A stretch of 22,634 nucleotides of DNA from Nitrospinaceae bacterium (GTDB lineage Bacteria; Nitrospinota; Nitrospinia; Nitrospinales; VA-1): assembly GCA_046754465.1 (NCBI GenBank), contig JBHHVU010000051.1, forward strand, positions 1 to 22,634, written 5' to 3'. The position numbers were made by a program, and so were the translations under genes. Numbering within the stretch: position 1 is the stretch's first letter; the number at the start of each line of letters is the position of its first letter. The notes below the pieces were generated by a model. The model was given only the letters and a program-made list of their open reading frames with translations, was not told the origin of the DNA and searched no databases. This document shows positions 1-9,597 of this stretch, one piece after another.

Positions 1-150
1 CTCGGTTCGCCATATAAAGAACGATATATCGCCAGCGGAGGCACTCCGCCCGGCCCCCGGGAAGGGGATGGGTCATAGCATCATCGCCAGCCCAGCTCGG
101 TTCGCCATATAAAGAACGATATATCGCCAGCGGAGGCACTCCGCCCGGCC
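1..150. repeat. Tandem copies of an intergenic structured repeat (period 95 nt; array probably continues left of the window)
   Basis: 1-55 is identical to 96-150. Conserved core GGGGATGGGTCATAGCATCATCGCCAGCCCAGCTCGGTTCGCCATAT at 64-110. Hairpins GCGGAG-gca-CTCCGC (35-49) and CCCGG-ccc-CCGGG (49-61). Confidence 0.9.
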
Positions 151-164
151 ACGCCACCCGCCGG

Positions 165-1661
165 TTACCCTGGTTTTTTAAGGCCCATTTTTTTAATCCT
201 CGAGTGCAGGGTGGTCGGCTTCATTCCCAGGATTTCCGCCGCCCCGCCGGAACCGGTGATTTTCCATTTACATTGATTTAAGGCGTTTAATATATTTTCC
301 ATTTCCCGGAGCTTCATTTCCTGTTCCGTAAGGATTTTATTTTCATAATTGGGTTTCCGCGGTCTATTCGCCTCTTCTCGCCTGCCATTTCCATCGTCTG
401 TTTTTCCCGTGGGAAGGTGGAACGAAAGCTTACCCGCCCGGGAAGTTATTATGGCCCGTTCAATTACATTTTGCAGCTCACGGATATTCCCCGGCCAGTT
501 GTAACTTTGCAGCTCAAGAATACGGGCCTCGGTGAGTTGCGGAAGCGGAAGATTTAATTTTTTGGACGCCACGTTAAGAAAACGTGATGCCAGCATGGGT
601 ATATCCCCGGTCCGGCTCCGGAGTGGAGGAATCTCCAGGGGAAACACATTCAGACGGTAGTAAAGGTCTTGACGAAATCGCTTCGCCTCGACTTCCACTT
701 TCAAATCCCGGTTCGTGGCGGCAACGATGCGGATATCCGCCCGGAATGTTTTTTCATCACCAATTCTTTCATAAGTGCCTTCCTGCAAAACACGGAGCAA
801 TTTGCTTTGAAGTTCCAAAGGTATTTCACCCACCTCGTCCAGAAACAAGGTACCGCCATCCGCCAGTTCGAACCGGCCCGCCCGATTTTTTATGGCACCG
901 GTGAACGCACCTTTGACATGCCCGAAAAATTCACTTTCGTACAGTTCCTTGGGGATGGAAGCGCAATTCACCCGGATCATGGCTCGTTGATTACGTTTGC
1001 TTCTCTTATGGATTTCCCGGGCCACAAGTTCTTTCCCGGTTCCTGATTCGCCGGTAATGAGGACACTGGCGTCGGTCGGCCCCACCATCTCTATTTGCCT
1101 CAGGATGTGTTCCAGCGCCGGACTGCTGCCAACCATTTCACCATAGGCCTTGGCTTCCAAAACTTCTTCATTGAGGTAGACGTTTTCCAATTCCAGTTGA
1201 TGGCGCAAACGCTGAATTTCCTCCTCAGATTGTTTCCTCTCGGTAATGTCCTTGAAGACGACCACGGCCCCCAGTAATTTCAAATTTTCACGGATGGGAG
1301 TGCTGACGTACTCCACCGGGAAGGAGGTTCCATCTTTCCGCCAAAAAACCTCATTGGAATCCTGATGAACTTTCCCATCACGGAAAGCCGCGTAAATAGG
1401 GCACTCCCCAGGCGAATAGACGCTTCCGTCCGGCTTCGAATGATGAACCAGTTTATGTTGGCAGTTTCCTATCATTTCCTTGGCGGTGAATCCGGTCATT
1501 TTTTCGGCGGCATGATTCACGAAGGTCACCTTCCCCTCCTTGTCCAAACCATAAATGCCCTCACCCGCCGATTCCAGGATGAGCCGGTTCAGGTGGTGGA
1601 TGCCCTTTAATGTCTGAGGAGTCGATTCCCCCGGGGGCCTGCTTTTAGAGTCCGGTTTCAT
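165..1661 (-). CDS. PAS-domain sigma54-dependent transcriptional activator (FhlA/NtrC-family bEBP)
   Basis: N-terminal PAS/PAC, Walker [15 protein letters not shown] loop, Walker [27 protein letters not shown]-terminal Fis-type HTH ([19 protein letters not shown]). SD-like TGAGG upstream. Confidence 0.95.
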   Translation of the reverse strand: MKPDSKSRPPGESTPQTLKGIHHLNRLILESAGEGIYGLDKEGKVTFVNHAAEKMTGFTAKEMIGNCQHKLVHHSKPDGSVYSPGECPIYAAFRDGKVHQDSNEVFWRKDGTSFPVEYVSTPIRENLKLLGAVVVFKDITERKQSEEEIQRLRHQLELENVYLNEEVLEAKAYGEMVGSSPALEHILRQIEMVGPTDASVLITGESGTGKELVAREIHKRSKRNQRAMIRVNCASIPKELYESEFFGHVKGAFTGAIKNRAGRFELADGGTLFLDEVGEIPLELQSKLLRVLQEGTYERIGDEKTFRADIRIVAATNRDLKVEVEAKRFRQDLYYRLNVFPLEIPPLRSRTGDIPMLASRFLNVASKKLNLPLPQLTEARILELQSYNWPGNIRELQNVIERAIITSRAGKLSFHLPTGKTDDGNGRREEANRPRKPNYENKILTEQEMKLREMENILNALNQCKWKITGSGGAAEILGMKPTTLHSRIKKMGLKKPG

Positions 1662-1793
1662 TGCCTCAGTGTATTCCGATTATCGTATTTTGCCCACGAA
1701 ATTTAGTCATTGGCGAAATCCCGGGAATTGCCCACACTCCCGTCATGCCAGACAACTAACCGGAATATAAGAAGTTATATCAATTTTTATTTT

Positions 1794-1809
1794 TGGCATG
1801 GAACCTGCT
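1794..1809 (+). promoter_or_regulatory. sigma54 (-24/-12) promoter
   Basis: TGGCATGGAACCTGCT has GG(1795-96)-N10-GC(1807-08) and is close to TGGCACG-N4-TTGCW. It is divergent from the bEBP gene and preceded by an AT-rich tract. Confidence 0.85.
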
Positions 1810-1903
1810 CTATACAAGTTGAGATGACGCGGAAGATTAAAAGCGGTTGGGTTAAAAACCACGGCCGGTTAAATTTAAAAAAATATAAACAAAGGTGATT
1901 CAA

Positions 1904-2102
1904 ATGAAAGCGGCAATAATTCACGATTTCGGTAATTTCGATGCACTCCAGTATGAAGAAATTGAAACTCCCCAGCCCAAGCCTGGGCACATCCTGATCA
2001 AGATTCTCGCGGCGGGGTAAATCGCCTGGATCATTACATCTGATCGCCAACAACCAGGTTTCCGGCAACATCGTATTGTTGCCTTGGACGAATATTAATT
2101 AA
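1904..2102 (+). pseudogene. NADPH:quinone oxidoreductase / zeta-crystallin (MDR family) pseudogene with frameshift and large internal deletion
   Basis: SD AAAGGTGA, then MKAAIIHDFGNFDALQYEEIETPQPKPGHILIKILAAG*. A frameshift continues as (V)NRLDHYI, joined directly to a C-terminal-type segment LIANNQVSGNIVLLPWTNIN* in another frame. Confidence 0.85.
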
Positions 2103-2136
2103 TTCAACCTTCCCATTAAACATAAGGAGAATCATC

Positions 2137-2499
2137 ATGAAAACCGCGATCACCATTCTTTCGGACCCTCAAGGTGGATCAGAAGAAGCTTTAGGACGAG
2201 TCTTCAATGCCCTGGCGGCTGCTTACGATTTTAAGAGTGCCGGTAAGGAAGTATCCATTCTCTTTCAAGGCGCGGGAACGAGGTGGCCGGAAGTGCTCCA
2301 GAAAGAGGATCATCCCGCGCATGAATTATATAAGGCCGTGGAAGATAAGATCCAGGGCGTATCCTGTGCGTGCGCGGATGTGTTCGGAGCCAATCCCTCG
2401 GGATTGGATTTAATCACCGACAACCGGGTCCCAAAAACCACCGGTCTTCCCAGTCTGAGCAACCTCCAGGAACAGGGTTTTAATGTCATCACCTTCTAA
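2137..2499 (+). CDS. DsrE/DsrF-like protein
   Basis: SD AAGGAG, 120 aa, DsrE-like pattern (VSILFQGAG...GVSCACADVFG...GFNVITF). Confidence 0.8.
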   Translation: MKTAITILSDPQGGSEEALGRVFNALAAAYDFKSAGKEVSILFQGAGTRWPEVLQKEDHPAHELYKAVEDKIQGVSCACADVFGANPSGLDLITDNRVPKTTGLPSLSNLQEQGFNVITF

Positions 2500-2511
2500 A
2501 ACTATTTGGTC

Positions 2512-2532
2512 CCCCCCGCTTTTCGCGGGGGG
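2512..2532. other. Intergenic GC hairpin (mRNA-stabilising or attenuating)
   Basis: CCCCCCGC-ttttc-GCGGGGGG between the dsrE-like and PNPOx-like genes. No clean U-tract follows. Confidence 0.5.
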
Positions 2533-2568
2533 CAATGTTTTCAATAAATGCGAAAAGGAGATTAAGTC

Positions 2569-3150
2569 ATGGCAAAACATTTTATGGAATTCGCATTCAA
2601 CGATAGTGTCCGAGACGTCCAGGAAAAATATGGAACTCGAACTCCCTATCAAAAGATGGAGAGCAAAAGTGAATTTCGCAACAAGCTCACTTGGCAGGAA
2701 AAGGGCTATATCAAAAACAGGGACAGTTTTTATATGGCTTCTGTAGGTGAAAACAGCTGGCCTTATATGCAGTTCCGCGGAGGGCCTAAAGGATTTTTAA
2801 AAGCAATCGACGATAATATTTTGGCGTTTGCGGATTTTCGGGGAAACGGGCAGTACATCAGCACGGGAAATTTGAACGCTACAAAAAAGACGGTTTTGTT
2901 TTTTATGGATTATGCGAAACAGCAGAGATTGAAAATCTGGGCCGAGGCTGAAGTTCTCCACGCTGCCGATCATCCTGATCTGCTAGAGAAAGTTGAAATA
3001 CCAGATTACGATGCCACTATTGAGCGAATTTTTATCTTAAAAGTTCATGCCTTTGATTGGAATTGTCCGCAGCATATAACTCCCAAGTATACAAAAGAAG
3101 AAATTCAAAAGGGAATGGTGGAATTGGACTGGAAACTAATTCTATCCTGA
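2569..3150 (+). CDS. Pyridoxamine 5'-phosphate oxidase-like FMN-binding protein
   Basis: SD AAGGAG. Family motifs FYMASVGENSWPYMQFRGGPKGFL, FADFRGNGQYISTGNL, FDWNCPQHITP. Confidence 0.9.
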   Translation: MAKHFMEFAFNDSVRDVQEKYGTRTPYQKMESKSEFRNKLTWQEKGYIKNRDSFYMASVGENSWPYMQFRGGPKGFLKAIDDNILAFADFRGNGQYISTGNLNATKKTVLFFMDYAKQQRLKIWAEAEVLHAADHPDLLEKVEIPDYDATIERIFILKVHAFDWNCPQHITPKYTKEEIQKGMVELDWKLILS

Positions 3151-3212
3151 TATGGCGGACCCAGGTGGGCTGGCGATGATGCTACGACCTATTCCCTCCC
3201 CGCGGGGCGGGG
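3150..3212 (-). repeat. Inverted copy of the intergenic repeat (core plus hairpin)
   Basis: Reverse complement of 3150-3196 matches the core at 64-110 at 41/47 nt. Adjacent hairpin CCCCGC-ggg-GCGGGG at 3198-3212. Confidence 0.9.
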
Positions 3213-3224
3213 GAAGGTCTCGAA

Positions 3225-3602
3225 TTAGGGGGCGATGAACCGGTTGACGGTTTCAATGAGTTTCGATTTGGAAACGGGTTTGACAAGATAATCTTTCACC
3301 CCTTTCCCGATTAAATACTCGGATAAGTCCTCGTCTGGCGCGGCGGTGATCACCACCACGGGGGTCGCGGGCGCTTCCTTCAAAATAAAGTCGATGCAAT
3401 TCAGTCCGTTGACCTTGGGCATACGAATATCGCAAAGGATCAAGCCCACACGGCCCCGGTTGTCCCCCTCCTGCAAAATATGAATGGCCTCTTCTCCGTT
3501 TCCCGCCTCCAGAAATTGGTAACCCGCCTGGGCGAGGTGGATCATGATCACCTCACGAACGTCCCTTTCATCGTCAATGATCAAAATTTTCTTTTTCGCC
3601 AT
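3225..3602 (-). CDS. Single-domain CheY-like response regulator
   Basis: ILIIDDE, phospho-Asp in ILCDIRMP, VITA, YLVKP. No output domain. Confidence 0.92.
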   Translation of the reverse strand: MAKKKILIIDDERDVREVIMIHLAQAGYQFLEAGNGEEAIHILQEGDNRGRVGLILCDIRMPKVNGLNCIDFILKEAPATPVVVITAAPDEDLSEYLIGKGVKDYLVKPVSKSKLIETVNRFIAP

Positions 3603-3640
3603 TTCCCTTCCTTTTGAAAAGTTGACTTGAAGAGTTGACG

Positions 3641-6055
3641 CTAATTCAGAGTGGTGACGGATGGCCGCCTGGGGCCGGTGGGTTTTCTGGGGCTCTTGGT
3701 TTTCGTGGCGGAGGCGCGTTTTTTACCGAATTTATATTTTTTGTCAAAAGCCAGGCGGATCACTTCGTCCATGTTCCGTGCCGGGTGAAATTTCAGGGCT
3801 TTTTGTACATTCTCCGGAATATCGGCAATATCCTTTTCGTTGTCCTGGGGGAGGACAATGTTGGGAATTTTCGCCCGGTGCGCGGCAAGAATTTTCTCCT
3901 TCAATCCGCCGATGGGCAGAACCTTGCCGGTGAGGGTCAATTCGCCGGTGAGGGTCACGTCGTGGCGGACGGGGGTTTTGGTCAGGGCAGACACCAGGGC
4001 CACGGCCATGGCGATGCCCGCGGAGGGACCATCCTTGGGAACCGCGCCCTCGGGGATATGGATATGAAAATCCATCTTCTGATAGAAATTTTTTGGCAGA
4101 CCCAGTTCACCGGCCCGGGACCGGACATAGGTCATGGCCGCCTGGGCGGATTCCTTCATGACCTCACCCAGTTTCCCGGTAGGGACCAGTTTGCCGTTTC
4201 CCGGGATGGCGGTCACCTCGATATAGAGCAGTTCCCCGCCGAATTCGGTCCAGGCCATTCCGGTGGCCACTCCGATATCCAGGGGCACGGCGGTTTCCTG
4301 TTTTTGAAATTTTGGAATGCCCAGGTACTTCTCCAGGGAGGAGGAACGAAGCCGCAGGGAAAATTTTTTCCCGGTCTCTACGACTTCCTTAACCACCTTC
4401 CGGCAAACGGAGGCGATTTCCCGTTCCAAATTTCTCACTCCCGCCTCCCGGGTGTATTCCTGGATGATCCGTTCGAGAACGCTTGTTCCGAACTGGACAT
4501 TTTTAGGGAGGAGCCCGTGTTCCTGCAGTTTCTTGGGAATCAGGAAGTTTTCAGCGATCCCGGTTTTCTCTTGGCTGGTATACCCGGGAAGGCGTAAAAC
4601 CTCCATGCGGTCCAGCAGGGGCCGGGGAATGGTGTGCAGCACATTGGCGGTGCAAACGAACAGAACCTGGGACAGGTCGTAATCGACTTCCAGATAGTGG
4701 TCGTTGAAATTGGAGTTTTGCTCGGGGTCCAGAACCTCCAGCAGGGCGGAGGAGGGATCGCCGCGAAAATCGCTGGTCATTTTATCCACTTCGTCCAGCA
4801 TGAATACCGGATTGGCCACCCCGGCTTTTTTCATGCCCTGGATAATTTTTCCAGGCAAGGCGCCGATGTAGGTCCGGCGGTGGCCACGAATCTCCGCTTC
4901 ATCCCGGATACCTCCCAGGGAGACGCGGACGAATTTCCGTCCCATGGCCCGGGCCATGGATTTTCCCAGGGACGTTTTTCCCACCCCCGGCGGACCCACC
5001 AGGCAAAGGATGGGTCCCTTGATCTTTTTGACCAGCTTTAGAACCGCCAGGTGTTCGATGATCCGCTCCTTGACTTTCTCCAGGCCGTAGTGGTCTTCGT
5101 CAAGGATTTTTTGCGCCGCGTCGATTTTTATTTTGTCCGCCCCCGGGGCTTTTTTCCAGGGCAGATCAACCAGCCAATCGATATAGGTTCGCGAAACCGT
5201 GGCCTCCGCCGACATGGGTTGCATGAGTTCCAGCCGGCGGAGTTCCTTCATGGCCTTTTCATGAACCTCTTTCGGCATTTTGGCTTTTTTGATTTTGTGC
5301 GTCAGTTCATCGATATCCGTCTTGAATTCGTCGCGTTTGCCGAGTTCCTTTTGGATGGCCTTGATCTGTTCGTTCAGGTAAAACTCTTTCTGGCTCCGCT
5401 CCATCTGCTTGCGGACCCGGCCGTGCACCCGCTTCTCGATCTTAAGGACCTCCATCTCCGACTTGAGACTGGCCAGCAGTTTGTTCAACCGGTCGGCGGG
5501 ATGGTAGGTCTCCAGGAGGTCCTGTTTCTCTGCGGTTTGCAAAACCATGTAGGCGGCGATGGTGTCGGCGTAACGGTTCGGTTCGACGATGTTGGCGGAG
5601 GCGGATACCGCTTCCAGGGGAATCTTCTGGTTGAGCTTGACATACTGGTCAAAAACGGTGCCCACGCTGCGCATCAATGCCTTGACGTCGGGCGATACCT
5701 CGCTGCTTTCCTGGATTTTCACGACTTCCACCTCGTAAAAATCCGGATTATCCTGAAAGGAATTGATGCGGCCGCGCTGGATTCCCTCCACCAGCACTTT
5801 CATGGTTCCATCGGTCAATTTCAGGATCTGAAGGATGTTGGCCAAGGTCCCGGTTTCATAAATGTCACCGGGAGCGGGGTCGTTGTTGCCGGGATTCCGC
5901 TGGGCGGCAAGCAGGATGTATTTCTGTTCGGCCATGGATTTTTCCAAGGCGCGAACGGACTTCTCCCTGCCAACAAAAAGTGGTAGGACCATGAAGGGGA
6001 ATACGACAATATCCCTCAAAGGGAGGAGGGGCAACACCATTTTCTCGGAACTCAT
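3641..6055 (-). CDS. lon: ATP-dependent protease La (LonA)
   Basis: [11 protein letters not shown]-domain, [19 protein letters not shown], catalytic PKDGPSAG and IGGLKEK. Starts 1 nt after the clpX stop. Confidence 0.98.
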   Translation of the reverse strand: MSSEKMVLPLLPLRDIVVFPFMVLPLFVGREKSVRALEKSMAEQKYILLAAQRNPGNNDPAPGDIYETGTLANILQILKLTDGTMKVLVEGIQRGRINSFQDNPDFYEVEVVKIQESSEVSPDVKALMRSVGTVFDQYVKLNQKIPLEAVSASANIVEPNRYADTIAAYMVLQTAEKQDLLETYHPADRLNKLLASLKSEMEVLKIEKRVHGRVRKQMERSQKEFYLNEQIKAIQKELGKRDEFKTDIDELTHKIKKAKMPKEVHEKAMKELRRLELMQPMSAEATVSRTYIDWLVDLPWKKAPGADKIKIDAAQKILDEDHYGLEKVKERIIEHLAVLKLVKKIKGPILCLVGPPGVGKTSLGKSMARAMGRKFVRVSLGGIRDEAEIRGHRRTYIGALPGKIIQGMKKAGVANPVFMLDEVDKMTSDFRGDPSSALLEVLDPEQNSNFNDHYLEVDYDLSQVLFVCTANVLHTIPRPLLDRMEVLRLPGYTSQEKTGIAENFLIPKKLQEHGLLPKNVQFGTSVLERIIQEYTREAGVRNLEREIASVCRKVVKEVVETGKKFSLRLRSSSLEKYLGIPKFQKQETAVPLDIGVATGMAWTEFGGELLYIEVTAIPGNGKLVPTGKLGEVMKESAQAAMTYVRSRAGELGLPKNFYQKMDFHIHIPEGAVPKDGPSAGIAMAVALVSALTKTPVRHDVTLTGELTLTGKVLPIGGLKEKILAAHRAKIPNIVLPQDNEKDIADIPENVQKALKFHPARNMDEVIRLAFDKKYKFGKKRASATKTKSPRKPTGPRRPSVTTLN

Positions 6056-6056
6056 T

Positions 6057-7304
6057 TCAACTTGCCTGCTTCCGATTCTGGTAAACCAGGAGGGGTTTTT
6101 CGTTTTTCAAGACCACCTCTTCACTGATGACCACCTCCTCCACATCCTTGCTGGAGGGCAGGTCGAACATGATATCGAGCATGGTTTCTTCCAAAACGGC
6201 GCGCAACCCCCGGGCGCCAGTTTTTCTTTTGATCGCCTTATCCGCAACGGCGCGAATGGCTCCGTCGGTGAATTTCAGTTTGACGTTTTCGAACTCAAAA
6301 AGTTTGCCGTATTGTTTGACCAGGGCGTTCTTGGGCTCGGTCAAAACCATCATCAACGCTTTCACATCCAGCTCCCTCAACGTGGCGACGGCCGAAAACC
6401 GCCCGACAAATTCGGGGATCAGCCCGTATTTGAGCAAATCCTCGGGCTGTACTTTCTCGAGGATCGCCTCGTCTTCCCTCTCCGACTTGTTGACGATTTC
6501 CTGCCCGAAACCCAGGGTCTTTTTACCGATGCGGTTGCGGATGAGGCCGCCCAGGCCCACGAACGCGCCCCCGCAGATGAAAAGGATATTCGTGGTGTCC
6601 ACCTGTAAAAATTCCTGGTGCGGGTGCTTGCGTCCTCCCTGCGGGGGAACGCTTGCGGTAGTTCCCTCGATGATCTTGAGAAGGGCCTGCTGGACCCCTT
6701 CCCCGGAAACGTCGCGGGTGATGGACGGGTTTTCGGATTTCCGGGAGATCTTGTCGACTTCATCGATATAAATGATTCCCCGCTCGGCCTTCTCCACGTC
6801 GTAATCTGCGTTCTGCAACAGTTTGAGGATTATATTTTCGACATCCTCCCCCACATAACCCGCCTCGGTGAGGGTGGTCGCGTCCACGATGGTGAACGGG
6901 ACGTCCAGGATTTTGGCGAGGGTTTGCGCCATCAAGGTTTTTCCCGAACCGGTGGGGCCGATCAGAAGGACGTTGCTTTTCTGCAGTTCCACGTCTTCCA
7001 GGTCGATCCCGGAATCCACCCGCTTGAAATGGTTGTGGACCGCCACCGACAGGATCCTTTTGCAACGGTCCTGACCCACAATGTACTGGTCGAGGTGTTT
7101 ATAGATATCCTTGGGTTTCAGGAGGTGTTGAAAGTCCTCGCTTTTCTCCTGGGCCCATTCCTCCACCATGATTTCGTTACACAGTTCGATACACTCATCA
7201 CAGATGTAAACGGTGGGCCCGGCGATGAGTTTTTTCACCTCATCTTGGCTCTTTCCGCAAAAGGAACATCTAAAATTACCAGAGGTTGAGTTTTTCTTAG
7301 CCAT
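6057..7304 (-). CDS. clpX: ATP-dependent Clp protease ATPase subunit ClpX
   Basis: Zn finger CSFCGK...[38 protein letters not shown] loop. Start moved to ATG 7304 (SD AGGGG). Confidence 0.98.
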   Translation of the reverse strand: MAKKNSTSGNFRCSFCGKSQDEVKKLIAGPTVYICDECIELCNEIMVEEWAQEKSEDFQHLLKPKDIYKHLDQYIVGQDRCKRILSVAVHNHFKRVDSGIDLEDVELQKSNVLLIGPTGSGKTLMAQTLAKILDVPFTIVDATTLTEAGYVGEDVENIILKLLQNADYDVEKAERGIIYIDEVDKISRKSENPSITRDVSGEGVQQALLKIIEGTTASVPPQGGRKHPHQEFLQVDTTNILFICGGAFVGLGGLIRNRIGKKTLGFGQEIVNKSEREDEAILEKVQPEDLLKYGLIPEFVGRFSAVATLRELDVKALMMVLTEPKNALVKQYGKLFEFENVKLKFTDGAIRAVADKAIKRKTGARGLRAVLEETMLDIMFDLPSSKDVEEVVISEEVVLKNEKPLLVYQNRKQAS

Positions 7305-7372
7305 GATTTCCCCTAAATAATGTCCCAAGCAAGGGGGGATGACCACCCCGTTCTCGGCTTGATTTTATCATT

Positions 7373-8017
7373 CTATTTCTTTTTTTCCTTTTCCTCGGTT
7401 TTGGCTTTCACCTTGACTTCTTCCCGCCTGGCGATGACGCTGTCGATCAAGCCGTAATCCTTGGCCTCCTCTCCCGTCATGAAATGGTCCCGTTCGGTGT
7501 CTTTATGCACCTGCTCCACGTTCTTCCCGGAGTGATTGGCCAGGATATGATCGAGGGAGGACCGGATTTTGGAGATTTCCTTGGCCTGGATTTCGATGTC
7601 CGAATGTTGTCCCTGGAACCCGCCACTGGGCTGATGGATCATGATCCTGGCATGCGGGAGGGCAAACCGTTTCCCCTTGGTGCCGGCCGCCAGCAACAGG
7701 GCGCCCATGCTCGCCGCCTGCCCCATGCAAATGGTCTGAACATCCGGTTTGATGTACTGCATGGTGTCGTAAATCCCCAGGCCAGCGCTCACGTGGCCTC
7801 CCGGACTGTTTATGTACAGATAAATATCCTGTTCGGGTTCATCGGATTCCAGAAACAACAACTGGGCAATGGCCAGGTTGGCGATATGATCGTCGATGGC
7901 CGTCCCAATAAATATAATACGATCCTTGAGCAGACGCGAATAAATATCATAGGATCGTTCGCCCCGGCTTGTTTGTTCCACTACAATGGGTACCAGCTGA
8001 TTATAAGTGTCGCTCAT
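7373..8017 (-). CDS. clpP: ATP-dependent Clp protease proteolytic subunit
   Basis: [30 protein letters not shown], catalytic QAASMG / MIHQP / ERD. Start moved to ATG 8017. Confidence 0.98.
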   Translation of the reverse strand: MSDTYNQLVPIVVEQTSRGERSYDIYSRLLKDRIIFIGTAIDDHIANLAIAQLLFLESDEPEQDIYLYINSPGGHVSAGLGIYDTMQYIKPDVQTICMGQAASMGALLLAAGTKGKRFALPHARIMIHQPSGGFQGQHSDIEIQAKEISKIRSSLDHILANHSGKNVEQVHKDTERDHFMTGEEAKDYGLIDSVIARREEVKVKAKTEEKEKKK

Positions 8018-8130
8018 ATTTCTCTCTATAATGGGAATGGCGGAAAGTTTGGGAAACTCCCTGGGCCGAAAACGGGCCTCGGGATCCAAAAACGCGGAAG
8101 TCATTAAAAAATAGCAAGATAAGGTTGCCT

Positions 8131-9480
8131 TTATTTACTTTGATTATCGGCAATTATCTCTTTTCTGTCAACCATTTCTTCCTTGAGCTTGATCTGGTCC
8201 AGCACGGTATCCAGGGTCTTTTCCCGGCGCATCCGGTTGTGCAGCTTGGCCAGCACCCCGGTGCGTTCCCACTCTTTTCGTGCCTTTCCCACATTTTCCA
8301 TACCCAGCAGCCGGGCCAATTGATTCACCTCGGCGTCGAGTTCCTTGGGCTCGATTTCAATGCCAAGCCCGGTGGAAAGTTTATCGATCAACAGCTCCTG
8401 CTGCAGGATCTTGATTGCGGATTCCCGGTACTTTTCCTGGTCGGCCTGGGTCACCGGGGTGTCCTTCTCCGGGTCATGGCCGTGATCGTGCGTCCGGGTA
8501 GGATCCTGTTTTTTCTTTGCTTCTGAAACCATGTGACGGATCTGTTCCTGCACCAGCCCTTCGGGCATCGTGATGGGATTCATTTCGGTGATCTTTTCCG
8601 CCAACTGTTTCTGGGCCGTTTTTCGGGCCTGTTTTCTCTCATGCTTTTCAATGCCCTCGCGAATCCTCTTTTTCATGTCCTCCACGTTCTCGAATTTGTT
8701 ATCCGCAAGCACCGCCTGGGCAAACTCATCGGTCACTTCCGGCAGTTCCTTGACCTGAATCCCGTGGAGGGTGATCTGAAAATCCACTTCCCGGCCGGCG
8801 ATGTTCTTATCAAAATAATTTTCCGGAATGGTGATCTTCACATTTTTCTGTTCGCCGATTTTCATTCCTTGAAGGGCATCCTCCAATCCCTGGATCAATT
8901 GTTTGCCGCCCAGTTGGATGACGTATCCCCGGGCCTCCCCCCCCTCGAAGGTTTTTCCGTCGAGGGTCCCCACGAAATCGATCTTGAGGATATCGTTTTC
9001 CCTGGCGGCGCGGCCTTCCACCGGAACACTTTTCGCGTGGCGCTGCCGGTAACTCTCCACCACCTCGTTGACTTCCTCGTCGGTGACGCGGGGAATTTTT
9101 AGTTCCAACTCGAGGCTGGAATAATCCTTGAGATCGAATTCCGGCAGAACTTCCACCGACGCGGAAACGGCGATGTCCGTTCCCTCTTCGGCGTGAACCT
9201 CCAACAGATTGGGCCGGCTCACGGCCCGGAGCCCCTTTTCCTCTATCGCCTGGTTCACCCGGTCGCTGATGAGCTGGGTCAATACCTCCTGTTTGACCCG
9301 GGGACCAAACCGTTTTTCCAGAATGGACGTTGGCACTTTCCCCTTGCGGAACCCAGGAACGCTGACTTCCCGGCTGAGGGACCGGTAATAATTATTGACC
9401 TCCTTCTTGTAATCCTGGTGAGGAATATCCAGATGAATCTTCTTATTGCAGGGATCGATGTCCTCAATTTCAATTTTCAT
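8131..9480 (-). CDS. tig: Trigger factor
   Basis: [10 protein letters not shown] ribosome-binding motif and FKBP domain ([15 protein letters not shown]). Start set at ATG 9480 because the track's extension runs through the tRNA. Confidence 0.96.
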   Translation of the reverse strand: MKIEIEDIDPCNKKIHLDIPHQDYKKEVNNYYRSLSREVSVPGFRKGKVPTSILEKRFGPRVKQEVLTQLISDRVNQAIEEKGLRAVSRPNLLEVHAEEGTDIAVSASVEVLPEFDLKDYSSLELELKIPRVTDEEVNEVVESYRQRHAKSVPVEGRAARENDILKIDFVGTLDGKTFEGGEARGYVIQLGGKQLIQGLEDALQGMKIGEQKNVKITIPENYFDKNIAGREVDFQITLHGIQVKELPEVTDEFAQAVLADNKFENVEDMKKRIREGIEKHERKQARKTAQKQLAEKITEMNPITMPEGLVQEQIRHMVSEAKKKQDPTRTHDHGHDPEKDTPVTQADQEKYRESAIKILQQELLIDKLSTGLGIEIEPKELDAEVNQLARLLGMENVGKARKEWERTGVLAKLHNRMRREKTLDTVLDQIKLKEEMVDRKEIIADNQSK

Positions 9481-9508
9481 GATTTTTCGGGAAAAGGGTG
9501 AAAGGTCA

Positions 9509-9588
9509 TGCGAGAGGGGGGAGTCGAACCCCCACGGTTGCCCACTGGATCCTAAATCCAGCGCGTCTACCAGTTCCGCCACCCTCGC
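9509..9588 (-). tRNA. tRNA-Leu (anticodon UAG), CCA not encoded
   Basis: GCGAGGG acceptor pairs with CTCTCGC plus discriminator A. D arm GGCGGAACTGGTAGACGC, anticodon arm CTGGA-TTTAGGA-TCCAG, T arm GGGGG-TTCGACT-CCCCC. Usual position upstream of tig. Confidence 0.97.
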
Positions 9589-9597
9589 TCGTCAACC

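Noticed and set aside
68..112. Repeat-encoded peptide MGHSIIASPARFAI*
   Set aside because: The 3150 copy has ATA instead of ATG, the 12957 copy lacks the stop, and the purine tract abuts the ATG.
1..150. CRISPR array
   Set aside because: The inter-core segments are identical in the two units, the core is dispersed and inverted elsewhere, and there are no cas genes in the window.
1710..2071. ORFs 1710-1898 (+) and 1787-2071 (-)
   Set aside because: They overlap the sigma54 promoter and the qor pseudogene and have no recognisable product.
64..3196. Tn3-family terminal inverted repeats (GGGG start)
   Set aside because: No 38-bp Tn3 consensus, no 5-bp target duplication, and no transposase or resolvase.
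3150..3212. Integron attC site, or a fluoride/ZTP riboswitch or known ribozyme, as the identity of the repeat
   Set aside because: No RYYYAAC...GTTRRRY box pair and no integrase. GGCGATG resembles the fluoride riboswitch start, but the downstream pairing elements are absent and the position is 3' of genes. No hammerhead, HDV or twister core recognised by eye.
3635..9501. Long plus-strand ORFs opposite lon/clpX/clpP/tig (e.g. 320, 311 and 248 aa)
   Set aside because: Antisense shadows of conserved genes in GC-rich DNA. The same applies to those opposite the mutase, AsmA, ChaN and kinase genes.
9481..9582. 34-aa N-terminal extension of trigger factor in the ORF track
   Set aside because: It is the tRNA-Leu sequence read in frame.
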